Origin: Octopus sinensis
Lineage: Eukaryota
Direction of reading: 5' to 3'
Assembly: GCF_006345805.1 (NCBI RefSeq)
Contig: NC_043000.1
Coordinates: 25,978,001 to 26,042,000, forward strand
DNA length: 64,000 bases
Made by a program: the position numbers and the translations under genes. Below the pieces are notes generated by a model. The model ran no database searches, had not been told where the DNA came from, and saw nothing but the letters and a program-made list of their open reading frames with translations. Each line of letters begins with the position of its first letter. Within the stretch, counting starts at the first letter, position 1. Of the stretch, positions 25,220-38,662 are shown piece after piece.

Positions 25220-25593
25220 CTAGCAGTATCGCCCGGCGTTGCTCGGGTTTGTAAGGGAAATAACTATAAAGCATTTTTAGAGACTTATAGCCAAAAAATA
25301 GCAAAAAAATGGGGAAAAAAATGATGGTAAAGTTTTTTTTGATAGTTAAAAAGGTCGAGTTGCGACTGTGGTTTGTGTTTCTGATTCTTGACCCCATGTC
25401 GAATTTATCGATCTTTTTCAGAACTGGGGGAACTTTTCAAAATTTTCGCTGCGTTAGTTTTGAATTATGACATTGGGCTATGTGTGTGTCAAGTTTCATC
25501 AGAATCGGTTGAAAGCCGTGGTCAGGGTGAGGGTACAACCAAACAGACACACAGAAACACACACAGACAAACTGCCGTTTATATATAGAGAGA
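25220..25593 (-). mobile_element. Non-autonomous Helitron
   Basis: On the minus strand it starts A|TCTCTCTATATATAAAC and ends cccgagcaacgccgggcgatactgCTAG|T, with no TSD. Confidence 0.8.
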
Positions 25594-28500
25594 TAAAACA
25601 CATGACACTCTCTATACAGCAATTATCCAGTGAAATAAACTTCCACCACCAAGTCAGATAACCAACACATTACATACTCAGTGCGCAATACGAACAGTAA
25701 TACAACAAAAGACTGCACCACACCTCATGAGAAAAAAAAAAACTGACGCAATAGAACATCAGGAAGATTTAGCACACTCCCAACAACTGGAAAAAAACAT
25801 GTAATACTGCACACTCCCCAGCAAAACAGAGGTGGAACGGGTGAAACAGTGGAAATTTGCCTGAAACTGCCAAATGTTGAACAACAATAATGATGATTTC
25901 CAAAGGAGGTGCAAAGACGCAAATTTTGGAGGAGGGTGATATAAACAGGGCATCATATTCTTTACAGTTCTCTAGCCATTCTAATGCCTGTCACACTTTT
26001 TGATATGTATATATTGTTGTTAGCATTTAATGTCCACTTTCCCATGCTTGCATGGGACAGACACAGTTTATTGAGGATGGTCGGATGCTCTTCCTATCAC
26101 CAACCTGCACCTGTTTTCCAAGGAAGGTGATTTTTCTCCGTGGCCAGACATGTTTCTGCAGAATACTGGAAATAATTGACACTGCTTGTGTGACAGTGAC
26201 ATTCGTTTACAACTGTTGCATGTGTTGAGACACAGGCACACTCTCATATACACTCTCACACACTTACACTCTCTCTCACACACTTCCTTTCTCACAAACG
26301 TGCACACACACACTCACACTTACACACTCACTCACTCTCTCACACTCTTCCTCTCTCTCTCATGCACACACACATGCACATACACGCACACTCACTCTCT
26401 CTCACACACACACACACTCTCTTACTCTCTCATACACTTCTCTCTCTCTCTCTCACACGCATGCACTCACACACACACACACACTGTAATATCTGGTAAA
26501 ATGTAGTGCTTCAAAGTATACTACAGAATATATATACATATGGTTGTGTGTGTGTGTGTGTGTGTGTGTAATACTTTCAAGCTTTTCATTTTGTTAATTA
26601 TCCTCTCTAATTAGATTGTGATTGCTGGGATAGTTGTGGAAATAATTATCATCTTCCTGTGAACTATTTCCAAACTTTGAAGATATCAGACCAAATTGAA
26701 CATTGAGAGAAGACCTACCTTTGCTCACTCCTCTCTTCAGCCATTTGATGTTTTTCTGATTCACTCCACCAACTAGAAATAGCAGTTATATCTCCCTCAA
26801 ATCACATTCTGCTGCTTTAAAGAAGAAAACGACATAATGTAACTGGGGCCTTTTGTTCCTAGATACACTTCCTGGAACTGTAAAGAAGGAATGGTCATGA
26901 TTTGAATGTCTTTGTCCGTAGATCATTATTGTCAAGGCTGACCACTGGGCAAAGACGCTTCTCTTTTAGCACTACCTGTCCAAAACCCTCTCTTCTTTCC
27001 CTTCTTATTCTTCTTCCTTTATTTCTTTTTCACTTTCCTACTCAGCCCTTCTCTTTCCATAACTCTCCCCCTCCTCCTCCCTTGCCCCCCTCTCTTCTGT
27101 GTCCATATACTATCTTATCATCTTCCTCCCTTTCTCTCTCTCTCTTTTGTCTCCCTTCTCTTTTCCTCTGATTCTTTCCTCTTATTTGACCCTTCTCTCC
27201 TGATTCCTTCTCCATCTCATTTCCTTTATTTGATGCATTGTTCATTTAGGTGAAAAGAATTTGAGAGACTAGCTACCTATCCCAGAAGCTCTGTCCCTTC
27301 CTGTAGTACTTAGCCGTTCTGCTTACCAAAAGTGGCCCACTTGGCACTGTGCATACATCACGACGCAATGGCTGCCATATACGGTCGCCTCCAATCGGGA
27401 GAGGAGCCATCCATTTCGAGTTTGAGAGTAGATCGAGGCTGTCAGTGTCCAAACCACCCATCATCTCTTTTAACAATTACTACTGAAGAAGTGAAGGTCT
27501 TTCCTTTCTGTAGCAGCACCTCAGGCCTGAATAAAATTCATTTAGCTCGTTTGTTACACTGCTTTTTATCATCGTTGTCGTCGTTGTCATCATTTAATGC
27601 CCATTTTCCATGCTGGCATGGGTTGGATGGTTCTATAGGAGCTGAGCCAAGCCAGGCACCACACACCAGGCTCCAGTTGTCTGTTCTGGCATGTTTTCTA
27701 TGGCTGGATGCCTTTCTTAATGCCAGCCATTTTGCAGAGTTTACTGGGTGCTTTTCATGTGGCACCAGTGCTTTATACATGGCACCTGCACAGGTGTGTG
27801 TGGGTATTTGTGTACGTATGTTACTATGTCAGGTTGTTTTCTAGTGTTACTGATAGCATGTAACCCAGATGAACCTGTTGTATGGTTGGACATCTCAACA
27901 AGCCTGCTTGGTGAGTAGACTGGTTTTTGGATACCCCCGAGCGTGATCGTTACCAGCATCGCCTTACTGGCACCTGTGCCAGTGGCATGTGTAAAGGATT
28001 CAAGCAAGGTCATTGCCAGCACTGCCTGACTGGCCCCGTGCCAGTGGCACGTAAAAGCACCCACTACACTCTTGGAGTGGTTGACGTTAGGAAGGGCATC
28101 CAGCTGTAGAAACTCTGCCAGATCAAGATTGAGGCCAGGTGCAGCCATCTGGTTTGCCAGCCCTCAGTCAAACGTTCAACCCATGCTAGCATGGAAAGCG
28201 GACGTTAAACGAAACGATGACGTAGGATGAATCAAGACCCATTGAAGGACAGAACTCAAAAGAGACTACAGCTATCAAATTACAGGATATATATATATAT
28301 ATATAGGTTTATGCAAAGATTTACAAATTTCTGGTTTGGTGTGCATTTAGCCAACCAATGTGCATTGGGCTCTGACCCATGGTGAAGGCAATAAACCCAG
28401 GAGATGGGGAACTCTAATAGTAGAATATGAGGCTTGTTATTTATTGAATTTATGGTACTGAGGTTGATGGTAATCCCCTTCTTCAAAATTGCCTGCTTTG

Positions 28501-30399
28501 TTCCTAAATTAGAAACAAATTATTTAAACTTATTTATGAGTCCAGCCTAAGATTAGCTCTGTCTCTTCCTGTAGTACTTAGCAGATGAGAGACAACTATC
28601 TTCTGGGATAGGAAGCTAGCCTCCCTAATTCTTTTCACCTAAATGAACAATGCATCAAATGAAGTGTACAGATTGACAATTGCTATGAAACATCGTCTGA
28701 ACTGAATATGAACTCTTGAGATGTGAGCCGCCGGTTGTCCAAGTAGTTTTGTATTTGGTTTCACTTAGCCGGTCACTCTCCTTAAATAACCTGATTTAAC
28801 AATTGAGAGAAAAACGACAACAGATACACTGTATTGAGTGAAGTGGGTCACTTGCATAACACAAGCAAGTCTGAGACTAATTCCTCTACTTGGGTTAAGG
28901 TTTCTCAAATTTGATCTACAACAAAAAAAAAAAAAAAAAAATACTAACCTTAGAATTGACCCAGATTTCTTTTTAATTCCCCTTCCACATTCTGCCCCCT
29001 CTGCCTCCCCCCCCATCCTTCATTCTTATTCTCTTTCTGCTGAGATTGAGGACAGGAAGTGTTAAACAAACATTAAAGATATGTCAGGAGTTATGAAAAT
29101 GATAAGCAAATAAGGACACCAGATACAACATAGAGCCAGCTTTAACAGCAATTTCAGAGTCGTTTTTGTGTCCACTTCAATTCACATTTTGTGTTTTTCT
29201 ATGGTGTTTTATGGGATTTTGTTTCAAGAGAAAGAGAGAGAGAGAGAGATAAAAAGTGATGGTGGTGGTGGTGGTGGTCGGTGGTGGGGTGAGAGAGACT
29301 TATTTTAACAGTCTGTGTTGTTGTAATAAGCATAGCTACATGTGTTTTCTATTTATTCAACAGTTGTACCAAACATTTTCAAGCAATTGAATATAGCAAG
29401 AAAAATATAATCTCTATCTATCCCTCTCTCTCGTCCTCCCCACCCTCTCTCTCGTCCTCCCCACCCTCTCTCTTTCTATTTCCCTTCCTCTCTCTCTCAT
29501 TCAGAGAAATTGTTCATGAGTAACAAAAAGATATGATGGCTTCATTATAAGCATTTAAAAGGTTTCCAACTATCTCTGTTTGCTCTCGCACATGCACGCA
29601 CACACATACACACACACACACTCACACACACACATTAGATAATCCTTTCTACTCTAGGCACAAGGTCCGAAATTTCGCGGGAGTTGATTAGATCGACCCA
29701 GTATGCAACTGGTACTTAATTTATTGACACCGAAAGGATGAAAGGCAAAGTCGACCTCGGCGGAATTTGAGCTCAGAACGTAGCAGCAGACGAAATACTG
29801 CTAAATATTGAGCCCGGTGTGCTAACATTTCTGCCAGCTTGCCGTCTTTCATGCTGCTACTAATAATAATGGTTCCTGACTTAGGCATAAGGCCAGTAAC
29901 CTTAGTGGGAAGGGGCCTATTGATTACCTTGACTCCATTATTCGGTTTGTACTTTATTTTATTGACCCCAAAAGGATAAAAGGCAACATTGACTTTGGAA
30001 GTATTTGAACTCAGAACATTAAGAGACGGAAGAAGTGCCACGAGGCATTTGACTGCCAGTTGACCTCCGTTAATAGTATCAAGTTTTGATAAGAAGGCCA
30101 ATAATTCTTTTTAGGGAGATGGGTTAGTTGATTATATTGACCCCTTCTGCGAGCTGGCAGAAACGTTAGCGCGCCGGGCGAAATGCTTAGCTGTATTTCG
30201 TCTGTCGTTACGTTTTGAGTTCAAATTCCGCCGAGGTCGATTTTGCCTTTCATCCTCTCGGGGTCGATAAATAAAGTACCAGTTTCGCACTGGGTCGATG
30301 TAATCGACTTAATCCGTTCGTCCGTCCTTGTTTGCCCCCTCTATGTTTAGCCCCTTGTGGGTAGTAAAGAAATATATATTGACCCCTTCACTTCACCAG

Positions 30400-30686
30400 C
30401 AGGGCTGTGGAGTCGGAGTCAGAAACAATTAAAGGGTAGCTGGAGTCAGAGTCGGTAAAACTATGCTGACTCTGATTCCGACTCACAATATCTTTATTCT
30501 TTAATATAAACCAGTTATAACACATAGGCCTACTCAAAGTACAAGCATATGCACGCGCTTTATGGGATATTTAGACCACAATCACTTAATTACGAGTCGG
30601 AGTCAGAGTCGGAGATGCCAATAGTAGAGGAGTCGGAGTCGAAGTTATTCGGAGTCCAAGTATTTTGTTTTGACTCCACAGCCCTG
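30400..30686. mobile_element. hAT-like MITE with GGAGTC subrepeats
   Basis: TIR cagggctgtggagtc / gactccacagccctg; 8-bp TSD ttcaccag/tccaccag. Confidence 0.85.
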
Positions 30687-31157
30687 TCCACCAGTACTTT
30701 ATTAACCCTGGGGGGGATGAATGGCATGATTTACTGCAGCTGGATTTGAACTCAAAGCATGAAGTGCCAGTGCTCTTATGATTCTGTCAACATGCTGCCT
30801 TATAGGCTAAGTAATAAAATGAAAAATTTTTAAGAATACAAAAGAGTATGGGAAGTGGGATAGAGACGACTGTGATGTTATTGTTTTGTAAATAAAAATT
30901 CTTTGTTGTCTTCTCACCTGTTTGCTTAATGTGAGTGATTCAGGTGAATGAGCTACCTCAAAGAAAGAAAAAGGTTATATACATATTTATGATGTCACAG
31001 CAAACTTCCTGGCGATTTGCTAGAACAAATGTTATAGAATTTAACTTGATATTATTTTTTTCTTCTTATTGTTACATAGATTTAAATGAATAAATAAATG
31101 TATTACTTTGTGACCAGAGTTTCACAGGAGAATTGGTAATGTACTCTTGGAGTGGAT

Positions 31158-31383
31158 TAACTTAAACCTTAAGCATTTAAACTGGTCATAATCTGGCCCA
31201 AATATTCTACCTGTTTTATCTTCAGAATGGCCAGATCTTGCTTCTCACACTTTCCCTGCACTGCCATTCTAAACAGTCTTGTATCTAAATTTTGAACATA
31301 TGAGATAATGCATGATTAATTCAGAACAATGTGAATATATAAGTATTATGTTTAACAGAGTAATCGGAATGCTAAACGGTTAA
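31158..31383. mobile_element. piggyBac-like MITE D
   Basis: Colinear with 854-1072; ends gctaaacggttaa. Confidence 0.65.
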
Positions 31384-34300
31384 TAAAGAATTTAAGTTGA
31401 ATAAAAATAACTCCAGGGACTGTATATGCCGATGGTCTCCATCATTGATTCCACTTTTAAGCTTTTCTTTGTATCACATATCATCTGCAGACACAGAATT
31501 AGACGTTAGGGCTGGTTTGTTGGAGGAAGCGCTTTGAGCTGTAGCATCCATGCCAAAAGTGGAATTGTTTTATTATGACAACCATCTAATTGTCACATAT
31601 TATATTTATAGATAAATTCCTCTATTTTACATAATATCAAGGTCTCATTCATTCTCTTGTTGTCATGTTATTATTATTAATATATACACACATACATATG
31701 TACATGATGGGTTTCTTTCAGTTTCTGTCTACTGAATCCACTCACAAGGCTTTGGTTGGCCTGAGGCTATAGTAGAAGACACTTGCCCAAGGTGCAACAC
31801 AGTGGGACTGAACCTGGACCCATGTGGTTGGTAAGCAAACTACTTACCACACAGCCACTCTTACGCCTATTATGAGAGTCCAATTTTTTGATCAACTCAT
31901 TGAATTAACATTTGAAGTGGTTGAATATTCCACAAGTATTTGCATCCTTAATGTAATTCTTGAGTAGAATCAGAACAACATGACTCAGTTGTACTCTGGA
32001 ATTCCAGGTCAAGTCCATCTGAAGGGCTCCCGCAATGTCTCCCTCTATAAAATTTCGTTTATAAGCCTTGAGTTAATCTGCAGCTGTTAGTAAAGACTGT
32101 TGTCCAAGATGTCAAGCAATGGTATTGATCTGGGGTCCTCATGTTTGTGAAGTTAACTTCTTAATCATTCAGCAGCCATACTTGCATCCGTATATGTATC
32201 ACCTGTATATCATATCATCATCATTTAATGTTTGTTTTCCGTGCTAGCATGGGTTGGACAGTTCAACTGGGGTCTGGGAAGCCAGGAGGCTGCACCAGGC
32301 TCCAGTCTGATCTGGCAAGGTTTCTACAGCTGGATGCCCTTCCTAACACCAACCACTCCGTGAGTGTAGTGGGTGCTTTTTATGTGCTACTGGCATAAGT
32401 GCCAGGCGAGGCTGGCAACGTCCATGATCAGTAGGTGCTTTTTCCGGTGGCACGGAAGCCAGTCAAGGTGGCTCTGACATTGGCCATGTTCGGATGGGGC
32501 TTTTTACGTGCCACTGGCACAGGTATCACAACTACAATTTCCATTTGATTTTTTGATGTTGATGTACTTGACTCAATAGGTTTCCTATTTGGTAAGAAGT
32601 TTGCTTCCCAACCACATAGTTCTGGGTTCAGTCCCACTGAATGGTACCTTGGTGAAGTGCCTCCTACTATAGTTGTGAACTGACCAAAGCCTTTTGAGTG
32701 GATTTGGTAGACAGAAACTGAAAGAAGCCCGGCATATGTTTGTGTGTTTGTCCTCCCTCCACTGCTCGACAACTGGTGATAGTGTGTTTATGTTGCTGTA
32801 ACTTAGCGGTTTGGTAAAAGGGACCGATAGAATAAGTACCAGGTTTAAAAAAGAGATAAGTTCTGGGGTCAGTTCATCCGATTAAAAGCTCTACAAAACA
32901 GTGCTCCAGCATGGCCACAGTCAAATGACTGCAACAAGTAAAAGATAGTGGTAGGGGGAGTGAATGTGGAGGTAAGAGGGAATATTGTGATGGCAGCTTT
33001 GGGAAGGGATGGTGTGAATGATGATGGTGATGGTGGTAATGACAATGATTGTAGTGAAGATGGGGATGGTGATGATGATGATGACAATGTCAATGATGAG
33101 ATAAGCTTGGTAGTTTGCATGTAATTTAATTTATTCCTAATTGTCACATCAATTTCTTTGACAGCATTGCCCAGCGCCATCTGTGTGTATGTGATGAGAG
33201 AGAGAGAGAGAGAGTGTGTTGCTATCTCCCTGACTTCGGTGACCCAGCTTTCTCATGGTGACTGCATTGAACTCCATTCCGCTCCAGTGAAACCAAACCA
33301 TTCAGACCCCCCCCCCCGCCACCCAGCATGTGACTAAAGCTGTTTATTATTCTATTCCAACGAAATCCATTTAAACAAACAGCCTTCTGCCATGGCATGA
33401 CAGTTTATTTATTGTAATGCCAGTGATTGGCACCAAATAAAACAAAAGAATAGAAACCTAACACACACTAACCATCACGTGTATGAAAACAATGACCACC
33501 CCCACAGAGGTTGAAATTGCACTAATTAGAAAGGACTTGTCTCAGCCTACTTATTATTAATTATAAAATACTTGTCATATTTACAGCTGAATTAATTATG
33601 GGAAAAACAGTTTAAAGCTTGTTCATGTTAACCAGCTCTTCCATAGTAAGTACTTAAGCAAAATAGTTTTTTTTTTGGCGGGGGGGGGGGGTTCCTACTC
33701 CTCTCCAAAGCAACAGGATCTGATAGGATGTTATAAACCTGTGCTTCGTTTCCTTTATGTAGAGTCTGTCACAGATGTATCTTGGACAACACTTCAGTAT
33801 GACAGTTGTTGACCTTTGACCTTTAAAAAAAAAACAAACAAACAAAAAAGACTGGCATGGCTCTGTGGCTAAGGGGTTTACTTTGCGAGCATTTACGTTC
33901 AGGTTTGTCCCACAGCATGGCACCCTGGGGAAGTGTTTTGTACCAAGTCCCAGATCGATCAATCCCTTGGGGGTGAATTTGAAAGAAAGAAACTGTGTAG
34001 AAGCCCATTATTGTGTGTGTTTGTGCTGGATTTGTCTCCCCATACCACAACTACTTGACAACCAGTGTTGGTTTTTTTATGTCCCTATATTTGATAAAAT
34101 ACCAGATGTAAAAAAAAAATAAGTGCTGATTGATTTGTTTGACTAAACCCTTCAGGGTGGTGTCTCAGCTCTTTTTAATCCCTTAAAAACTGTTGTAGGG
34201 TTTTTAAGGATTAGCTTGCTTTTGCTCTCAGTTGACCCTCCATGTTCTCGAATGTTCTCTTACATCTAGACCTTAAAAAATTTAGCATGTCCGTCCCCGT

Positions 34301-34683
34301 CATCGCGCAAAACCACCACCATTTAACATCCACTTCTTGCTTGCATTTGTTAATTTGTCAAGCTGGTTGACATCCTGTCATCAACCCTTTTCCTAGAAAG
34401 GTCAGACATGTTTTTAACAGAAGACTAGAAACAGAACATCGTTTGTATAATGGTGATGCTTGCTTACCTCTATCACATGATATCAAGACAAGCATTAACA
34501 TGTGCACACACACACACACACACACATGAGGTGTTCCATGAAGTCTGGATACCAATTTGATTCTTTCTTTAGACACTCAAATTCAGTCTGCAGAAAAAAA
34601 AGACAAGAATTGTGTATCCAGTCTTTAGAGTCAGCCTGTATATACATACATATATGCATACATACATGCACACACACGTACTT

Positions 34684-34962
34684 ACGTAGGTATGAATTCA
34701 TACCAATAATAATTGGAGCACTGGGTTTTGTTAGTAAATGCTTAAAGGAGAATCGGGATAAACTGGGATTTTCAGAAAGAGAAATTGACTGGCTAATTCA
34801 TACAAGTCCGATCTGTAAGTGGAACGGTAAAAATATGCAAGACTTTTCTCAAGTTACAAATGTGAATTTGTCTGTGTTAACTACATCCCAAAAACGGAAC
34901 CTTGTATCTTTGTTGGAAACCGGCTCCTTCCTCAGTGGAAGATTTATAATAATTAAAAAATA
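34684..34962 (+). mobile_element. 3' fragment of an R4/Dong-type (restriction-like endonuclease) non-LTR retrotransposon
   Basis: YEFIPIIIGALGFVSKCLKENRDKLGF..., then after a frameshift SVSGTVKICKTFLK. This is the typical RLE C-terminus. It is flanked by (CATA)n. Confidence 0.75.
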
Positions 34963-35828
34963 GAAGAGACATACATACATAGGATGAACTTCTGCACAGT
35001 TTCTACCTACCAAATCCATTCACAAAGCTATGGTTGGCTCCAGGCTATAATAGAAGGCATGTGAGCAAGATGCTGAGCTATGGAACCAAACCTGGGACCA
35101 TGTGGTTGAAAAACTTGCTTTTCAAACACATAGGCACACCTGTGCTAGTCTTGTAGTTGTTATTTAGTCACAGGTCAACTGATTGGGAAGAGTAATCATG
35201 ATCATTAGTATTCCAACATCTTATTTTCAGACATACTGTCATGAAATCATTGCAATAATAAGGCTGAGAAAGGATATAGCTAAGACCCTGAACTCTGTGA
35301 ACCATTCATGGAATTGCCCAGAAGGCACAGGCAGGGTGGTTAAGAAGCTTACTTTGCAACCAGGTGCTTTCTGGTTCAATCCCATTGCATGGCATCTTGA
35401 GACCCCTAAGCCAACCAATGCTTTGTGATTGAATTTGATAGACAAAAGCTGTGTGGAAACCTGTCGTGTGTGTGTTTGTGTTTGACCCGCCACGACTCTC
35501 TGACAACTGGTATTGGTTTGTTTCCATTCCTGTAACTCAGTTCACCAAAAAAGGACGAATAAAATAAGTACCTAACGTAAAAGCAAAATAGGTTGTGGGG
35601 GCTGATTTGTTTGGCTAAACTCTTCAAGGTGGCGCCCCAGCATGGCCACAGTCCTATGACTGAATCAAGCAAAAAATTAAATGATAAATGCCCAAGAAAG
35701 AAACCAGTTTGATTTCTTTTTTCCTATCGCTCTGTGCAAGGAGAAAGGACCACACAGAATGTTTATTTTAGTCGTACACCATACCACAATCAGACCTAGG
35801 ACAACTGAGGCTTTTTTTTTTTAATAGA

Positions 35829-35869
<41 letters not shown>

Positions 35870-36165
35870 TGATAACATCAAATAGGTAAATAACTACAAT
35901 ATCTTTCACACACACATTGCAAGACTATGTTAGCTTAATGGGAGAATCAACACACCCATTTACTCTTCTTTGGAAAAAAACCTACTTTCAGTAATATTTC
36001 TATGCATAGATAAATAGTAGCTGACTTTACTCGCCTGACCACACACATATACATATTCGTATGTAAATATATTAAAAATTTATCTGATCTCTAGGTGCAT
36101 GTGTAGTTATGTTTGTAGCTATGACAACATGTGATTCGGAAAAAGCTATCCTGTGCGTCATAATA

Positions 36166-36385
36166 CGTGTGGGGGCGCTGAAAAGTTCCTGGCTTTAAGA
36201 GTACTGTGAAAGGTTTTAGCTGGAGTCCCAACCTCCTGAGTTCTTTTACAGGGCTTAGAAAAACTGAAGGACCGTTGCAATGTGTGTGTGTGAATCAGAG
36301 GGGAATATGGTGAATAAAATCATAATTAACTGATCCTCCTCTATTTTCTTTTACCCAAAGCCAGGAACTTTTCAACACCCACTCG
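36166..36385. mobile_element. Tc1/mariner-like MITE
   Basis: Inverted ends gctgaaaagttcctggcttt / aaagccaggaacttttcaac; TA on the left flank. Confidence 0.7.
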
Positions 36386-36632
36386 TGTGTGTATGTATGT
36401 ATATATAGTTTAATTTATCGCTAGGAGAGGAAAAGAAAAAGAAACATTCTCTATTCAGTGACTTTTTTCTCAATTTCTCACGTACCAGTGTTTTGTTTTC
36501 AAATAGAATTAACCACATGCCCTAAGCCTGATAATTGCTTGGAGACACGAGGTGTGTTATAAAAATCTGTCTAATCTCACTGTCTCCATGGCCAGAAACT
36601 ATTTAGTGTACATTAAATGATATATATATATA

Positions 36633-37678
36633 AATAACAAAGTAAAGCTGTAAGGTACTGCACGAGTGAAAATATATATGAAAGAAGGTTCGAAAATGCA
36701 AAGGTCTTTTAGAGATATTTATTCACTTGACCGGCTTCACTTTTTCAGAAAAAGACTATCAAAAGTAAAATGTAAAGCTTTGTTGTGCTAAAAAATGGTT
36801 CCAAAAACAAATTGTTTCACTTTCACTCGAATGCTCAGCTTTATACAATACTGTGATAACTATATGATTCTCTGAATCCACTACTCATTTGTGCACACAC
36901 ACACATACAGATATATATATATATATATATAGGTGGTGGCTGTCTGTTGTAGGTCGATGTTGACTGTTCTATTCAGAAATTCTCTGAACAAAATACCTTT
37001 GGATGGGGAATAAAGCAGTTGGTGTCATGTCCCAACCAGACTGCCTCTCTGCGCTGCCAATCTATGTACGAAGTTATGTACAAGAGTACAATGAATGTGG
37101 TAAACAACAAGGCTGAAAAAAATATAGATAAATATATATATATGAAAGAAGGTTTGAAAGTGCAATTTTAAAGATGTTTATTCACTTGACCAGTTTCACT
37201 TTTTTAGAAAAAGATTGTCAAAAGTAACATGTAAAGCTTTGTATAAGCTTTGTTGTGTACATATGTGAGCATATATGCGTGTGTGTTTATATGGCTTGTA
37301 TTGCATTTGCATGTTTGTATGTGTATCTGTATATGTGTGGGTATGTTTGTGTGAATGTGATTTGTAATTGTCGGTAAAAACATGATTTTTTTTTTTAACT
37401 CCTAATACTTTTTGTTGAATATTTTCTTAAATACTTTCTTGTAAACTGTTTTGAACATTTTCTTATTATCAAAGAATGTATATATATCTTTTAATACTTT
37501 TGCAACAACCAGTACTTAGCACAACAAAGCTTATACAAAGCTTTACTCTTTTACTTTTGACGGCCTTTTTCTAAAAAAGTGAAACCGCTCAAGTGAATAA
37601 ACATCTTTAATAAATTGCCTTTTCAAACCTTCTTTCATATATATTTCCACTCGTGCGGTACCTTACAACTTTACTTTG

Positions 37679-37682
<4 letters not shown>
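36633..37682. mobile_element. Cluster of three related PLE-like terminal repeats (two minus, one plus) with variant hammerheads
   Basis: 36635-36810 and 37140-37257 are direct copies and 37500-37680 is their reverse complement. Each has ACUU-UUGAYRR-stem-GAAACCGGUC-AAGU-like sequence (36725-36766, 37184-37225, 37553-37594). Confidence 0.6.
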
Positions 37683-37726
<44 letters not shown>

Positions 37727-37734
37727 ATAATATA

Positions 37735-38050
37735 ATATAGGGAATAAATCCAATTTACAGGGGAAAAAAATCAGATTAGGATTAAATCCAATTTTATAGT
37801 AAAATATTATAAAATATTATTAGAGACAAAACCACTATTTTGCAAAACAAACAGGAAGACTTAATCAAAACATAAAATTTTAATAAATAGTCAAAAAAAC
37901 CGCCACTACATCGTTTCTTGTCTTGATCGACACGATCAACAAGAAACGATTGTAGTGGCGGTTTTTTTGACTATTTATTAAAATTTTATGTTTGATTAAG
38001 TCTTTCCTTGTTTGTTTTGCAAATAGTGGTTTTGTCTCTAATAATTTTAT
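37735..38050. mobile_element. Fold-back element, same family as 1681-2226, inside (TA)n
   Basis: Shares agggaataaatcca...ttagagacaaaaccactatt with 1681. Inverted arms of ~110 bp surround ~37928. Confidence 0.75.
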
Positions 38051-38183
38051 ATATATTATATATATATATATAATGGGGCTTGGCATTGATCATGTTCGGA
38101 TAGTGCTTTTACGTACCACCAGCACAGGAGCCAGTCATGGAACACTGACCATAGCTACGATTTTGGTTTTACTTATATGTATG

Positions 38184-38252
<69 letters not shown>

Positions 38253-38255
<3 letters not shown>

Positions 38256-38662
38256 TCTTTACTCTTTCTCTTTTACTTGTTTCAGTCATTTTGACTGCGG
38301 CCATGTTGGAGCACCGCCTTTAGTCGAGCAACTCAACCCCGGGACTTATTCTTTGTAAGCCCAGTACTTATTCTATCGGTCTCTTTTGCCGAACCGCTAA
38401 GTGATGGGGACATAAACATACCAGCATCGGTTGTCAAGCAATGCTAGGGGGACAAACACAGACACACAAACATACACACACATATATATACATATATACG
38501 ACGGGCTTCTTTCAGTTTCTGTCTACCAAATCCACTCACAAGGCTTTGGTCGGCGCGAGGCTATAGTAGAAGACACTTGCCCAAGGTGCCACGCAGTGGG
38601 ACTGAACCCGGAACCATGTGGTTGGTAAACAAGCTACTTACCACATAGCCACTCCTGCACCT
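38253..38662 (-). mobile_element. SINE family A (CpG-rich, apparently young copy)
   Basis: Full-length reverse complement; its tail abuts a long (TA)n. Confidence 0.85.
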
